Source of the DNA: Macrostomum lignano
Taxonomy: Eukaryota
DNA: 64,000 bases
Direction of reading: 5' to 3'
Assembly: GCA_002269645.1 (NCBI GenBank)
Contig: NIVC01000031.1
Coordinates: 1,240,001 to 1,304,000, forward strand
In this document: piece after piece, positions 49,301 to 62,591 of the stretch
Numbering within the stretch: position 1 is the first letter of the stretch
Layout: each line of letters starts with the position of its first letter
Translations under genes and position numbers: made by a program
The notes under the pieces: generated by a model
Seen by the model: the letters and a program-made list of their open reading frames with translations, nothing else
The model's database searches: none
Told to the model about the DNA's origin: nothing

Positions 49301-52300
49301 TTGTGCTATTGGGCCCGTTTGATAAACAGGCAGGACCGAATCAGCTGCCTGAGATTCTCAGCGTGCTGCAGGTGAAACAAAATATGGCATAATCATGTTT
49401 GGGATTAGGGAGTCATTATATAGATCATTTATTATTCAAGAGGATTAAGCATTAACGATAGAGATCGCAATCCGAGAGGATTAAGGATTAACTATAAAGA
49501 TCTCAATCTAAGTGGATTAGGGATTAATGATAGAGATCTCAATCTGAAATCAATAAAGATTAACAATAGAGATCTCAATCTGAGAGAATTAAGGATTAAC
49601 TATGGAGATCTCAATTTGAGAGAATTAAGGATTAACTATGGAGATCTCAATTTGAGAGGATTAAGGATTAACGATAGAGATCGCAATCCGAGAGGATTAA
49701 GGATTAACGATAGAGATCTCAATCTGAGAGGATTAAGGATTATTGATAGAGATTTCAATCTGGGAGGATTAAGGATTAACAATAGAGATCTCAATTTTAG
49801 AGGATTAAGGATTAACGATAGAAATCGCAATCTTAGAGGATTAAGGATTAACGATAGAGATCTCAATCTGAGAGGATTAAGGATTATTGATAGAGATTTC
49901 AATCTGGGAGGATTAAGGATTAACAATAGAGATCTCAATTTTAGAGGATTAAGGATTAACGATAGAAATCGCAATCTGAGAGGATTAAGGATTAACGATA
50001 GAGATCTCAATCTGAGAGGATTAAGGATTATTGATAGAGATTTCAATCTGGGAGGATTAAGGATTAACGATAGAGATCTCAATCTGAGAGGATTAAGGAT
50101 TAACGATAGAAATCGCAATCTGAGAGGATTAAGGATTAACGATAGAAATCGCAATCTGAGAGGATTAAGGATTAACGATGGAGATCGCAATCTGAGAGGA
50201 TTAAGGATTAACAATAGAAATCGCAATCTGAGAGGATTAAGGATTAACGATAGAGATCTCAATCTGAGAGGATTAAGGATTAACGATAGAGATCTCAAAC
50301 TGAGAGGATTAAGGATTAACGATAGAGATCTCAATCTGAGAGGATTAAGGATTAACGATAGAGATCTCAAACTGAGAGGATTAAGGATTAACGATAGAGA
50401 TCGCAATCTGAGAGGATTAAGGATTAACGATAGAGATCTCAAACTGAGAGGATTAAGGATTAACGATAGAAATCGCAATCTGAGAGGATTAAGGATTAAC
50501 GATAGAGATCTCAAACTGAGAGGATTAAGGATTAACGATAGAGATCTCAATCTGAGAGGATTAAGGATTATTGATAGAGATATCAATCTGGGAGGATTAA
50601 GGATTAACAATAGAGATCTTAATTTGAGAGGATTAAGGATTAACGATGGAGATCGCAATCTGAGAGGGTTAAGGATTAATGATAAAGACAGCAAACCTGA
50701 AACTCCAATATCGCAGGTGTGCCTAGAAGGTGCCATCAATCGCGACTCGGTGCACCGCGCCCTAGCTCAAGGCCGCCGACCAGCCGGAGACCTGGTGCCC
50801 TGGACGGTGTCGCAGCAGTTCTCGGACGCGGATTTCCCTTCCCTATCCGGTGCTCGGGTGGTTCGAGTTGCCACCCACCCGGATTATCAGCGAATGGGCT
50901 ACGGGTCCAGGGCGCTGCAGTTGCTAGCTGATTATTATGAAGGAAAATTTCCCTTCCTGGCTGAGGAGTCAGCGGCGGAGAAGGAGGAAGCAGTGTCAGC
51001 ATCCAGGGCGGTTACTGCCGACCAAAGCGATGATGGAGATCAAGATGAAGGCGGCTTCTTGAGATCGGAGACTTTGGTGCCCAAGTCTAGGTAAATATTA
51101 GCCTATCTGTTGGTTGCTACCGTAATAATAATAATAATAATAATATTGATAACAATTGATTACACCTGCCTTAAATTGGCAGATTTACAACCGACAGCTC
51201 ACACTCAATTACCCCAGCTAATGCTGGCACCCATTTTACAGCTGGGTGGACTTAAACAATGCAGAGTTATGTGTCTTGCTCAAGGACACAAATTGTTCCA
51301 GTGGGACCGGGAATCGAACCCCCGACCTTTAAGTCGTGAGTCCGACGCTCTCACCACTACGCTGCAAGCCCCAAATACCCATCTTGATTTGATTTCAAAT
51401 CTTCCCTAAATCCCTATCCTGGTTTGATCCCAGATCCCTCCCTACTACCCCATCCTGACATGATCTCGAATCCTTGCTCAAATCCCCATCCTGATTTAAT
51501 TCCAAATGAATCCCCTTGCCATCCCACCTTTCTGATCCCGATCTGTATCTAAAATCCCATCTGTTTGTCAACTTTCCACTCGCATTTATCCAAAAGCGTC
51601 ATAGACACTTCCTTTGGCCTTAATCCGCCGCTAGATCCCAGCTGCCTCCCCTGCTGTCCGCTCTGACGGAGCGCCGTCCGGAGCCGCTGCACTACCTGGC
51701 CGTCAGCTTCGGCCTGACGCACGACCTCACCCGTTTCTGGAAGCGGGCCGGCTTCGCTCCGCTGTACCTGCGCCAGACTCCCAACGCCATCACTGGCGAG
51801 CATTCGGCTGTACTATTGCGTCACCTAGCAACTAACGACGCTCCGCATCCCGACTGGCTATTGGACTATTTTGTCGATTTTAGGCGTCGATTGATTTACC
51901 TACTAGCCGGGGATTCGCTTCGACGCTTGCCAGTCGCATTCGCTCTCGAATTGGTTCGGCACCGTCAGCTGCAGGCGCGTCGACCGCCGGTGTTGAATTC
52001 GGCCAGAGTTGAGCAATCGTTCAGCGCCTACGATCTGCGTCGGCTGAGCGACTATGCCGCTGCTCAGGTTAGAAAGCCGATATGTATCGAAAACTATATT
52101 TTCAGTCTGTTAAGATACAGTAGCCGATATGTATCGAAAACCATCTTTAAGATACAGTAGCCGATATGTATCGAAAACAATATTTAAGATAAAGTAGCCG
52201 ATATGTATCGAAAACCACATTTAAGATACAGTAGTCGATATGTATCGAAAACTATATTAAGATACAGTAGCCGATATGTATCGAAAACAATATTTAAGAT

Positions 52301-53985
52301 ACAGTAGCTGATATTTATCGAAAACTATATTTAAGATACAGTAGCCGATATGTATCGAAAACCATATTTAAGATAAAGTAGCCGATATGTATCGAAAACC
52401 ATATTTAAGATACAGTAGCCGATATGTATCGAAAACCATATTTAAGATAAAGTAGCCGATATTTATCGAAAACCATATTTAAGATAAAGTAGTCGATATG
52501 TACCGTAAACCACATTTTAGATACAGTAGCCGATATGTATGGAAAACTATACTTTCGGTCTTTTAATATAAAGTAGCCGATGTGTATCGAAAATTATATA
52601 TTTCAGTCTTTCAAGATAGAGTAGCCGATATGTATCGAAATAAGCACTGGCATCGGATACGTATCTAAAAGTTGGGTATTCTAGTTTTTTATTCTAGTTT
52701 TAATTGTACCTGTTTAGATCGCACTGTTTATTTGCGAACTAACTTAAGTCAAGTTGCAGATATGTATCGAAATTAACAATTAGCTAACTATAAGAAAACC
52801 GACGCATTCTATTCAGGCCGATCATTATCTAATCACGGACTTGCTCTGCCCACTGGCTCGATTGTATTTCGCTGGCGACTTAGGCGAGATGGGCGGCCTA
52901 ACCGTCACTCAGCAGGCCATTCTGCTGGGCTGCGGACTGCAAATGAAATCCGCCGATTCTGTGGCCGCCGACCTGTCAATGCCGGTTTCTCAGGTAAATA
53001 TTCAGCTAGAAGTTAGTTATCGAATAACTGTTTGATAAGTGTTTATTTAGTTTGTATTGTTCAAAAGTTCAAAAGTCAGTTTGCATTGACTTTCTTTACA
53101 ATGAAGTATATTTCATTCCAAGCTTAGGTTTTTAAGAGCCGGTATGTATCGAAACTTACCGGGTATAGTTTATTAAAAGTTGAATTGTATCAAATCCCTG
53201 TTTTTATTTATGAGCCGATATGTATCGAAGTTCCTATTTTTTAGAAGCCGATATGTATCGAAATCTCTATTTTATTGGGAGCCGATATGTATCGAAGTCC
53301 TTAGTTTTTTAAAAGCCGATATCTATCGAAATCGATAGTTTTTAAAAAGCCGATATGTATCGAAATCTCTATTTTATTGGGAGCCGAAATGTATCGAAGT
53401 CCTTAGTTTTTTAAAAGCCGACGTGTATCGAAATCTCTAGGTTTTTAAAAAGCCGATATGTATCGAAATCCCTAGTTCTTAAAAAGCTGATATGTATCGA
53501 AATCGATAGTTTTTAAAAAGCCGATATGTATCGAAATTTCTTTTTTAAATGACATTGAAAACACCTGCCTTTCAACCAATCAGGTCCTCGGCCTATTTAA
53601 TCGAATAATTCGTAAAGCCGAACGAACTCTGCGCGAACTTCAAGAGGCCGGCGTTGCCGAGCGCCTGCTGCCCGACCTTCGACCGTCCGAAGCGCCCTTG
53701 GTCGGGTCGGGTCAGCAGCAGCCAAGCCTAGCCGATGAGCTCAACACCGGAGCCGCCGAAGTCGAAGCCGAGCATCGTCGCCGACTTCAGGAACTCCTAC
53801 TAGCCGACGGCGGCGCTGAGGAGTTCGCCATACCGGCCGATGCTGCGCCGGGATCGGCGCTGCCGACTTTGAATCGGGTGAACAGCGCCAAGAGCAAGCA
53901 GCAGCAGCAGCAGCAGCCTGGCGGCAACAAACGCGGCGGCGGTCACGGCGGAGGCGGAAAGAAAAAGAAGCCGAAGTTTAAATGA
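43333..53985 (+). CDS. NAT10: RNA cytidine acetyltransferase NAT10/Kre33; 9 exons (43333-43574, 45438-45716, 46641-46981, 48022-48565, 49041-49371, 50717-51090, 51635-52067, 52817-52993, 53584-53985)
   Basis: Motifs KLDPRIKALIENG..HRSMFVIVGDKGRDQV, LWCYKKELGFS, LQDFEALTPNTLARTIETVEGGG, Walker A RGRGKSAALGL, DEAAAIPL, STVNGYEGTGRSLSLKL, HYRNSPNDLQMLSDAPAH and RVVRVATHPDYQRMGYGSRAL. All eight GT-AG introns are phase-consistent. Confidence 0.98.
43590..45365. repeat. 46-bp minisatellite (TAGATCACGTGATCTGGTTGATTGGTAGGTTAAATAATAGTTACTT) in NAT10 intron 1
   Basis: About 30 well-conserved central copies with degenerate copies at both edges; contains the 14-bp palindrome AGATCACGTGATCT. Confidence 0.96.
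45985..46610. repeat. CT-rich tandem repeat (CTCTCACCCTCTCCCGCTTCTCCCCCTTC) in NAT10 intron 2
   Basis: Directly visible. Confidence 0.95.
46998..47912. repeat. 22-bp minisatellite (CAACCTGAACCGTGTTCTCTCA) in NAT10 intron 3
   Basis: Directly visible; hairpin core GAAC-CGT-GTTC. Confidence 0.96.
48590..48830. repeat. Degenerate ~35-bp repeat (GGATTAGCAAGATCCAGTCA..ATTAGGCTAGAT) in NAT10 intron 4
   Basis: Six or seven diverged units visible. Confidence 0.7.
49425..50685. repeat. 36-bp minisatellite (GATCTCAATCTGAGAGGATTAAGGATTAACGATAGA) in NAT10 intron 5
   Basis: About 35 copies; contains GAGATCTC; source of the spurious 492-aa and 367-aa ORFs. Confidence 0.96.
51123..51370 (-). mobile_element. 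CORE-type SINE copy 3 with complete tRNA-like head and (TTA)n tail, deleted in the 3' body, in NAT10 intron 6
   Basis: The minus strand reads GGCTTGCAGCGTAGTGGTGAGAGCGTCGGACTCACGACTTAAAGGTCGGGGGTTCGATTCCCGGTCCCA (A- and B-box like), then the core, then the (TTA)n tail at 51123-51143. Confidence 0.9.
52070..52640. repeat. 37-bp minisatellite (AGCCGATATGTATCGAAAACCATATTTAAGATACAGT) in NAT10 intron 7
   Basis: Directly visible; inverted core CGATA-TG-TATCG. Confidence 0.95.
53140..53540. repeat. ~35-bp repeat with the same AGCCGATATGTATCGAA core but different spacers, in NAT10 intron 8
   Basis: About 10 copies visible. Confidence 0.88.
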
Positions 53986-53990
53986 ATAAA
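53985..53990 (+). terminator. Candidate AATAAA polyadenylation signal overlapping the NAT10 stop codon
   Basis: AAA TGA ATAAA, followed by T/GT-rich sequence. Confidence 0.5.
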
Positions 53991-54284
53991 ATTGTTTTCA
54001 TCAAATTGATTAGAAATTAAAAAGTGCATTGACTACTTTACTGAAAGTAGCCAGCTAGTAAATATATGGCATTTTATGCTTTGTTTGATTGCTTCATCAT
54101 CTGTCTGCAGCATTTCTCTCGGCTACTTTTTTGTTGTTTGTGGATAAAAAACCAATGCTGTTTTGCTTTTGTTTTAATCTGAAATTTAGCATTTTAGGGT
54201 CTGTGGTGTAGTTCCGGTGTTTTAATTGTATTGCAGCTTAAATATGTATTTCTCAGAAAAGTTTTAGGCATCTTGGGAGGAAAC

Positions 54285-54600
54285 TAAGGATCTGTTCTCA
54301 TGAGGGAATTACAGATGTGTTCTCACGATGGAATTAAGGATCTGTTCTCATGAGGGACTTAAGAATTTGTTCTCATGGGAGAATTGAGGATCTGTTCGCA
54401 TGGGAGAATTGAATATGTTCTCACTGGGAAGTTGATATGTTTTCATAGGGAGTTAAGGATCTGTTCTCATGGGTAGAGTTAAGGATTTATTCTGATGAAG
54501 GAATTAAGGATCTGTTCTCATGGGAGAATTGAAGATCTGTTCTCATGAGGAAATCGAGGATCTGTTCTGATGGAGAGATTGAGAATCTGTTCTCATTCGG
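54285..54600. repeat. ~25-bp minisatellite (AAGGATCTGTTCTCATGGGAGAATT) between NAT10 and ATG101
   Basis: About 12 diverged copies; hairpin core TTCTC-ATGG-GAGAA. Confidence 0.88.
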
Positions 54601-54723
54601 AAATATTTCCACGGGATTAATTATTCCCATAGTTCCCTTTGATAGAACAACAATTAAATTCCTCCAAATATTCCAATCGGTTAATGGATGCAAACTCCTC
54701 ATTGCTGTTATTGAAGAAAAAAC

Positions 54724-55401
54724 ATGAACGTTCAAAAGCACACGTTCTCCTTCGACTTGGAGGGCATGGAAGTTGAAGAAGTGGTCCGTTCGGTATTCCA
54801 CACAGTTCTGCTTCATCGTTGCTACGCTAAAATCTCTGTTAAAGAGGGCGGCAACACCTGGACTGTGGGAGCCGCTGGACTGACTGACGAGGACTGCGAA
54901 TCAATCGAAGTCACTTACACTCGAGTATCCTGCGATGAAGTTGTTAACAAAGTCAATCAACCAATTCAGGCGTTTGTCAAGCAGCTCCGGTCTGGTCAGA
55001 GTTCCGAGCGAGGCACCGGCAGTGTTGCGCTGGAATTTCACGAGCAGAAGCGAGCCAAATGGGGCGTCTTCGCTAGCGATCCGGTGCCCTGGGAGATCTG
55101 GATTGTTCACGTTAATTTGACCTCGTTTGACACCGAAACTGCCAGATCTGCTCATCGCGACAAGCTCACTCAAGTCGTCACAGATGCGATATTTTATATT
55201 AACGACACTATGGTGAATCCGGACACCTATAAGCCTAAACTGGCTAGAACTGGCGATTTCGATCAGATCTTGGATATGCAATGTCCACTGTTGACGCCGC
55301 ATCATTTCCGGGTGCACTACTCCACTTGTAACGACGATCCAGTGCAAGCTACCATGGGCGGCGCCGTTAAGAAGATTCTGAAAGATACTTTGGCTTTGTA
55401 A
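54724..55401 (+). CDS. ATG101: Autophagy-related protein 101 (HORMA domain), intronless CDS, 225 aa
   Basis: Motifs VEEVVRSVFHTVLLHR, G..DEDCESIEVTYTRVS, EFHEQKRAKW (WF-finger region) and PWEIWIV match ATG101 as I recall it. Confidence 0.93.
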   Translation: MNVQKHTFSFDLEGMEVEEVVRSVFHTVLLHRCYAKISVKEGGNTWTVGAAGLTDEDCESIEVTYTRVSCDEVVNKVNQPIQAFVKQLRSGQSSERGTGSVALEFHEQKRAKWGVFASDPVPWEIWIVHVNLTSFDTETARSAHRDKLTQVVTDAIFYINDTMVNPDTYKPKLARTGDFDQILDMQCPLLTPHHFRVHYSTCNDDPVQATMGGAVKKILKDTLAL

Positions 55402-57514
55402 ATTACATTGATGCACATTCGGTGACTGTTAATAGACGATCTACTAGGAGCTACTATTGATGAGACTATTTGAGTCCAGATGTGTTATGTAAATAAACTA
55501 GCGTAACAAGCTGCGGTTCAAAAGGCACCGAATTATAATAAATGTTTGGTAAGCGTAGCATTTGACCTGATTTATTTTTTATTTAAATGAGAATAACAAT
55601 ACAGCGGAAGGTTTTTTGAAGGACAACACAATGACGTCTTATCGCTCAAGACAGGGAAACTCGCAAATCACGATGATAAAGAAAGTACGAGGCTCGTTCA
55701 AATGCATAATATATGGCCTTCGCGTTGTTCCATTTCAAACTTCATAGCAAATTAAACTATTTAACTCCGACTTTGAGTGGAACGCTGACTGAGATTACAC
55801 TGACCGGGGTTTTCTTATGTTAACCCCATAGTATTAAGATCCATGGTTGACCCCGCATGGTGGGCGATTGCCTAGTTTTGTCCAATGATTTTGCGGGCCC
55901 CATGGCCCATGGAATCGTCAATGTGTTCCCGCGGTTTTGAAACGCGGACAAGAGTTCATTCCGTGCACGCGCGCTAGTTTTGTCTATGGTTATTGGTTAA
56001 TGATTAGTGGCGCCTTCGAAATGATGTGACAGCACAGCTCTGCCTATAGATTTTCGGGCAGGAATAGCGAAATCAGAGGTCTGCGAACCCTCAAATCCAT
56101 AGACAGAACCGTTAGTTATAAAAACTAAAGTGCTTGACAGTTAAAACATGGATTATGAAGAAATGTGAAAAAATTAGAACACCATACTTGCAGTTTTTAA
56201 TCTCTTTAAAAAACTAACCTTAACTTTTTATGAAATGTTATGTCTGGGGTAGATTTTTTGAGAAAACTACAACTACCTGTACCAAGAGACAAGTGACAGT
56301 TTGACTAGGGCCTAGTACGACAAGTGAAAAGTGACAAATTGTAGTCATTTCTGTTTCATGAAGCTTTTGCTACACTTGACAATTTGGAAAGTGCTCGCTC
56401 AAAATTCCATGTCTATGGGCAAAAATGCATAGATACGAGCTACTATCGCTAAGTTTGCTAGCTCGTCTAGTTTTAATGGGAGTGAGCAGGCCTTTTGTAT
56501 CAACTCGTCGAAGATTTTTTATCCATATTTGAGTCACATTTTAACTTATCTACCAACACTTCCGATAACAAAATCCGGTGTCTAAGTAGAATTACAGAAT
56601 AAAACAAATATCTTTAAAAGATGTGTGTGCAAGCCGACTGTAAACTGCAACTTACGCGATTAAAATGTTTGAGGATATTCATTTTCTTTTTTGAATAGCT
56701 ATGCAGTATGCAGCAATAAGAGAGTTTCATCATAATCTTTACATCTTTTTAAAGGAAACCCACCAAGACAGACTGTACATAGAGAGCCTTCGAACTAATC
56801 TCGTGCTAGGCCTATAAACATACGCTCATCGCCAGAGCCTTAAATTTATTCCCCCACCCTGGCCTTTGGCTTTGGTACATATAATTCAGCATATTAAATT
56901 TTTTTTCCTGACTGGGGTCAACAAAGCTAATCTTTTGAAAAGTAAGAACTGAGAATTTTTTCAAGCTATTCTATTAAGTTAAGTATATCTATATAGGCCC
57001 CTATTAGTATTAGTAATACAAAGAAAAGTTAAGAATAATAAAGTTTTTATTGACTTTGCATTTTATACTGACTTTTTTATGCTAGAAGAAATTATTACCA
57101 TTTTAGGTCTACTTCAATTGTAAAAATATACAAAAGTCTAGATGGGGCCAGGTAGGCCTATGGGCATGGCTTTAGACCTATGTATGGCTATGCCATGGCT
57201 ATTGTATTGTTAATTTTTAGTTTTAAATAGGGCCTATAATTTTTAAACTTGTCTTTTTATAAAAAAGAATAAGATGACATAGTTTAGCTTAGGCTATTAT
57301 TATCAAATTCCCAATCCCAATGAAAGCTTGATTGAGATTAAGAGGCTTTTATCTAAATTTAGGCCTAAATTATCTAAATAGCAAGTTCCATGAGCTATAT
57401 ACAAGGAGGAAAAAATTGAAAAAAAAACATAAATAAGGTAGGCTTATCAACTTTAGAAGTGATTAAAATAAAAACAGTAGGCCTAAACAATATAAAGGTG
57501 AGGGCCACACTCCG

Positions 57515-57982
57515 GATCATGTAGTATATACCCGAAAATTTGGGCGTGCATTGGCCTTGCACGCCAAAATTAGGCGTGCACAGTTGGCGTGCATCACTCC
57601 TGAGAAAATAGTATGCGTGCACACCTGGCGTGCACTTTATAGAATCACCGGTAAAAGTTATTGTAAAGTAGAAAAAAAGATGAAAAAAGTTCATTTTCAA
57701 GCGCAAATTTTAAGCTTTCCGGATTTTTCCAGCTTGTAAAAAACTATTTAAACAAATCTTTGCATGTATAAACTTTGCGCTGTTAATAGTATTGCCAAAA
57801 AAGCTTTAAAATCAACAAAATTATCTAATATTAAGGGTCTATTATGCAATTTAAAAAAGGTCTTTTATTGTCGCAACACTGGCATATTTTTGAGAATGGG
57901 CATGCATTAAATTTTTTTCGGCATGCATTTGTAATTATTCAATTTTTGTTTGGGCATGCACCTAGCATGATTAGGACTATGG
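57515..57982 (+). mobile_element. Short copy (about 465 bp) of the non-autonomous DNA-element family; a third right end lies at 61987-62040
   Basis: Begins GATCATGTAGTATATAC and ends CACCTAGCATGATT; both ends match the 30.8-32.4 kb copy in inverted orientation. Confidence 0.65.
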
Positions 57983-60900
57983 GGTGAGGGTGCCATAGCC
58001 CAGCAATAGCACAGGCTCTGGTGTGCCAGCAACCCAGGCTTGATTCCAAGTGCAGTCACATTAATTTGGGGCTAAATTGGAATCTCGGCTTGGCTCTGCT
58101 TATGCAATTAACGGCCTTGAAATCCAACCCCCCAAGGGCCAAGGCATAGTGAAGTATACATGCCTAACAATAAAATAAAGTTAGGGCCGCTGTACACTCC
58201 TGTGTGAGTGTGTGCCTGTGTACATATCTGTGCGCTTATATGCCTGCTCAGGGGAGTCGGTGGAATGGGCAGTAATGCCTCTTGCCAGTTGTGTGCCTAT
58301 GTTGCTTAAAGTGCGCCAATGTGCCCACAACCTTTCTGCCTCTAATAAAAAACAATATAAAGAAGCTACAATATAAACTAAAAAATTTGATAAATGCTGC
58401 TTTCTGATAAGTGTTTAAATTTTGCAAATATGAAAAAAGTTATAATTAGTCAAATTTTTTATATTTTATACTAAAATTTTAAAATGAAGCCCAAAATCGG
58501 AAAAGATATACTTCTAAAAGATTGAAAAACATTTCAAATTAATTTGTATAATAGTATAAGGACAGGAATATGACATAAGGCTAACTTCTATCCCTTGGAA
58601 TAATCCTATCAATGCCACTAATGTTTTAGTAGTGCTAATTGCTCTCACTAATAAATGTCCTAAAAACTGTCACCAAGTAGTGCTAGGGTAATACCTATGT
58701 TCTTTTATTGATAGTTAATAATGTACTTTGCATGTACTTTTGCTTATTTTTACTGGTAGCATATCTATTTGTCTATCTTCTTTTGTACTCGTAGTGTATA
58801 TGTATCTATTGGTAGCATTTGTACATATGTAACAGGCCTTTTTCCTCCTACTTTATCACTAAATGCCACCAAAAGTAGTAACAGTGGTTATTGTTCTCTC
58901 TAGTAAATCCTATCACTAAGTCACCAAGTTGTTCTTGGGCTAACTTCCTATACTAATCTTTAAGTGTTCTTGTTAAGTTGGTAGCTGCCACTAGGATTAT
59001 CCTATTAATAAATTATGAGTTTTAATCTTAGAATAATCTGAAAATGTTTCTTAGAATTGATCTGAGTATATATCTTAGTATTTAGTCTGAGTATTATTCT
59101 TAGAAAACTATTAGCCCTTAAAGATTTTATTCCTCTGTTATTCTAGTAGCATTTATTCTGATTCCGGTAGTGTTTACTGTACTTTTGGCCTGAGTGGTCT
59201 ATTGGCTATACTGGTATATGTATTCCATGTACTTTGCAAGTCCTTGGGTGTTACCGAGATCAGAGGGTCACAGCCTCCAGTTATTCTTACACATATCACT
59301 TCAGATCTACTTTGTATTCTCTTGCTACTCAATACTGCTGCTTCTTAATAGTATGTACTGTATACGCTTTAGTCTATTTCACTCTTACTTCGTAAAAGGA
59401 ATTAACACAGAAAGCACTTCTTTAACTCTTATTTTCTCGGAACTCTTACTATTTGCTATCAATCACTTATTGCGGAACCGTGATATGTGAGGTTGGTCTC
59501 CTCCTCTGCTGAAATTGCTTCTATTTATACTAAAATTTGCTATAGTTTTAAACAAAAATTTGTTAGTGCAAAATATTATAGAAAATACAAGTATTAAAAC
59601 AAAATATGTTTCTTAGTTTTGGCGTGAATTCAAATTGACTAAACGGTGACTATTTTATAAAGAAATCAGGACGGGCCCTGCATACATATATTGCACTCTT
59701 GGCCTGAGCAGTCTTCTAGCACTATATGTTCCTACTATTTACTCATATAGAGATTCTCTCTTAGTCCTAGGCATTCCCTAGATCAGAGGGTTACAGCCTT
59801 TATACAATTTTTCTACCATGAGGTGATTTCTTTGCCCTCAGGCAATTCTTGCTTCTAGCAGATTTCTGATATTCTAAAGGAAATAAATAAGTCTTTCAAA
59901 CACTGCAAATAGCAATTTAATAAGACTAAATTGATTGTACTCACAAGACTTGTGGAAAAAAAGGCAAGAGACAGAATCATCTAAGCTTAAGTTGCTTTTC
60001 TTGGCCTCTCATTGGCCCTCTATTTATATTGCTTGCACAATATATTTAAAACAAATTTTATTTTGTAAACTGTTATTTGCTTTCACAACATTTAAACAAA
60101 AATTATACTAATTTCATTTTAGCATAAATTTAAATACTATTTTCTAAGAAAAAGTTTTGTAAATATAGTTGATTAGTTCATATCTGTACTGGAAGGCATT
60201 CTATATTATAAAACAAGGCACACTAGATTGAATGTAACAAAAGGTAGTAAACATAATGGAATATAAATATATTTGACTACAAAAAACTGAAAAATATACC
60301 CTTATAGTAAGCCAGCAATTTTTGCTTTGAGTTTTTGTCCTTTAAAAAACCATTGATGGAACTTTTGAATGATGCTTTCTATTATACTAGCCACATTGTT
60401 TCCAATGTAGAAAACTGCTTGTTCATATGTATTCCCGCATTTACATAATATTTATTCAAAGTTTGATCCAAAATACACATAAACTTCCATTTAAAATAGA
60501 AAATGTTATGCAATTTTTTCAAATATGCATCGATGGTGTTTATTTCTTCTGTTGTATTATCTGAAATGGTATACAAACAGGACAAAACAATGATCTCATT
60601 ACTAGCTCTTACTGCAACTCTAGTAATGGCACTAATTTTTGGGTAAATGGAAGGAGTAACTATTACCACTGTTTCATAATAAAGTGACTCATCATCTTAT
60701 TAGTCAAGTTGATTTTAATTTTACTATTAAGTTTCATTGCATTGGAAATTATATGTGCATATAAGCATGCATGTACATGAATACACTGGCTGTATGAATT
60801 ACTTTTTGATCAAAAAAGCAACTTAAGTATGAAAGAAGCATAATCAAAGTTAATGTAATGTTTGGGTAAATGGCAGGAGTAACTATAATTGTATTTTAAG

Positions 60901-62591
60901 GGCTAAATGCCTCATCATCTAATTAGTACTATTAGAGTTTTCTGAATGGGCATTTTTGCAGTTTACCTTGGCTGGGCCCCCCTTGCCAGTCAGCTAGATC
61001 AACTTGGTGTTGTATCTGGATGATCTATATAGTATATAAGGACAAAAGTGGCATAATTATGGTTTAATGATTAAAATTCTATATATGGCATATTATTTTT
61101 TGAGAATAAAAAATGCTAAAAAATGACATATTAGGAATGAAAATTCATTGAATCATTCAAAAGTTATGTTATCTATAACTCGGAAAATTAGACCTTTTAA
61201 GCAAAAATGATCACAGTGCCTTATGGGAAAATTGCATTACAAAAATGTCAAAAAATATAACACTAAAAGTGCTATAACTTTTTTATTACTCAACCAAAAT
61301 TTAAAAGTAATGTGTCATTTTACTTATACAACAAATATCTATTATATGGTATTGAAATAGAGGACAAATTCAAAAAAATTAAAGTCTCACTAGACTCCCT
61401 AATCTAAATCATTAAGCTTTTTAGGGTATAAATATAGTTTTATTCAGTTAGCTCAATTTCATACAAACAAACTAGAAAAACCTATTCAATAAAACTATTA
61501 GAACATAGATAATGCCAATGGCAGACATCAAAATAATGTTCAAACGTTTAATTGTTACAATATAAAAAATTGATTATGCAAAACTTATAATCAATGCTAG
61601 GTAGGCTAGGCAATCACTTTTGATATAGGTACAAACATTAGAAATGTTACAAGTAAGGGTATAAAAACTTTTTGTGCTATAGAACTCTTGGAAATATATA
61701 TTTGATACTATTGTGTTTATGTGTTATGCTTGAAATAATACATTGAAATAAGCAATTTTGCAATAAAAGAGCATAGATAGAGTTTCAATCAGCTTTCTAT
61801 GAATCATTTTCTTATTTAAATGACAAAAATTAGGTTACAAACAAAATTTTTTTATATTTTTCTCCCTGGGGATGGGTCCCTGGTCCAATTCCCTAGGGAT
61901 TATTCTCCAACAAGCTCCCTAGGGCCCCAGGAAGCATTCCCTGGGGTCAAAATCCCTAGTGTGCACTCAAAACTTTTGGATGCATAGGCGTGCATTTGTA
62001 ATTGTTCAATTTTCATTTAGGCATGCACCTAGCATGATCTGAACTATTGATATTGCTCAATAATATAAAGCAGTGTCTTGGCTTAGTAATGGTTTAGTAA
62101 GTTAGCAACAAGCACTGGTAGCATGGTAGTTTTATTATTTCTATGTTCTACCATTCTTATGACCTAAGTGCCATTCTGGTAGGCAAATTAATGGTACTTT
62201 TGATAGAAGCACAATTTCTCAATCTCTACCTTATATCTTAAACCAAGCAAAAAGCTTGCCTCCTTACCATTCTTGCCATTGCCTCTCTTAGCTCCTGGCT
62301 ACCTCATTCATTGTTTAAGAATTACTTTTGATTGAAACATTTAGGGTCCCAACCCAATTGCCAAAGACTAACAAGTTGAGCTACTAAACCTAAATTGACA
62401 ACCAATCTTTTGTTTACAATAGACTAAACTTTCAGTTCACCCAAATAATTAGAACCCTTGTAACTTGAGCCATTATAGTCCATATAATATTTAGTCCAAG
62501 AATAATTGTGGTACTATTAATATGTATGTTATACTTTCTATTGTAAATACATTTTTCTATCCTAATATTAATAACCCTTTTTGTTTTTCAG

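Noticed and set aside
49616-51094. 492-aa ORF resembling a leucine-rich-repeat protein (LRGLRINDRDLN)n fused to NAT10 sequence
   Set aside because: It is the 36-bp minisatellite of NAT10 intron 5, whose unit is a multiple of 3, reading through into exon 6. Canonical donor (49372) and acceptor (50716) sites give the conserved NAT10 frame.
51301-51370. tRNA gene (CAC anticodon-like)
   Set aside because: The anticodon and acceptor stems pair poorly, and the sequence is joined to the SINE core and tail, so it is a SINE head.
58000-58140. A second, tRNA-like SINE head (TAGCCCAG...GGCTTGATTCC)
   Set aside because: It is a single degenerate occurrence with weak boxes and no matching copy in the window.
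60382-60669. Minus-strand ORF faintly resembling a Penelope-like RT segment (EEINTIDAYLKKLHNIF...ILDQTL)
   Set aside because: There is no YxDD motif, the spacing is off and the region has internal degenerate duplications. An HMM search would be needed, and the eye match alone is insufficient.
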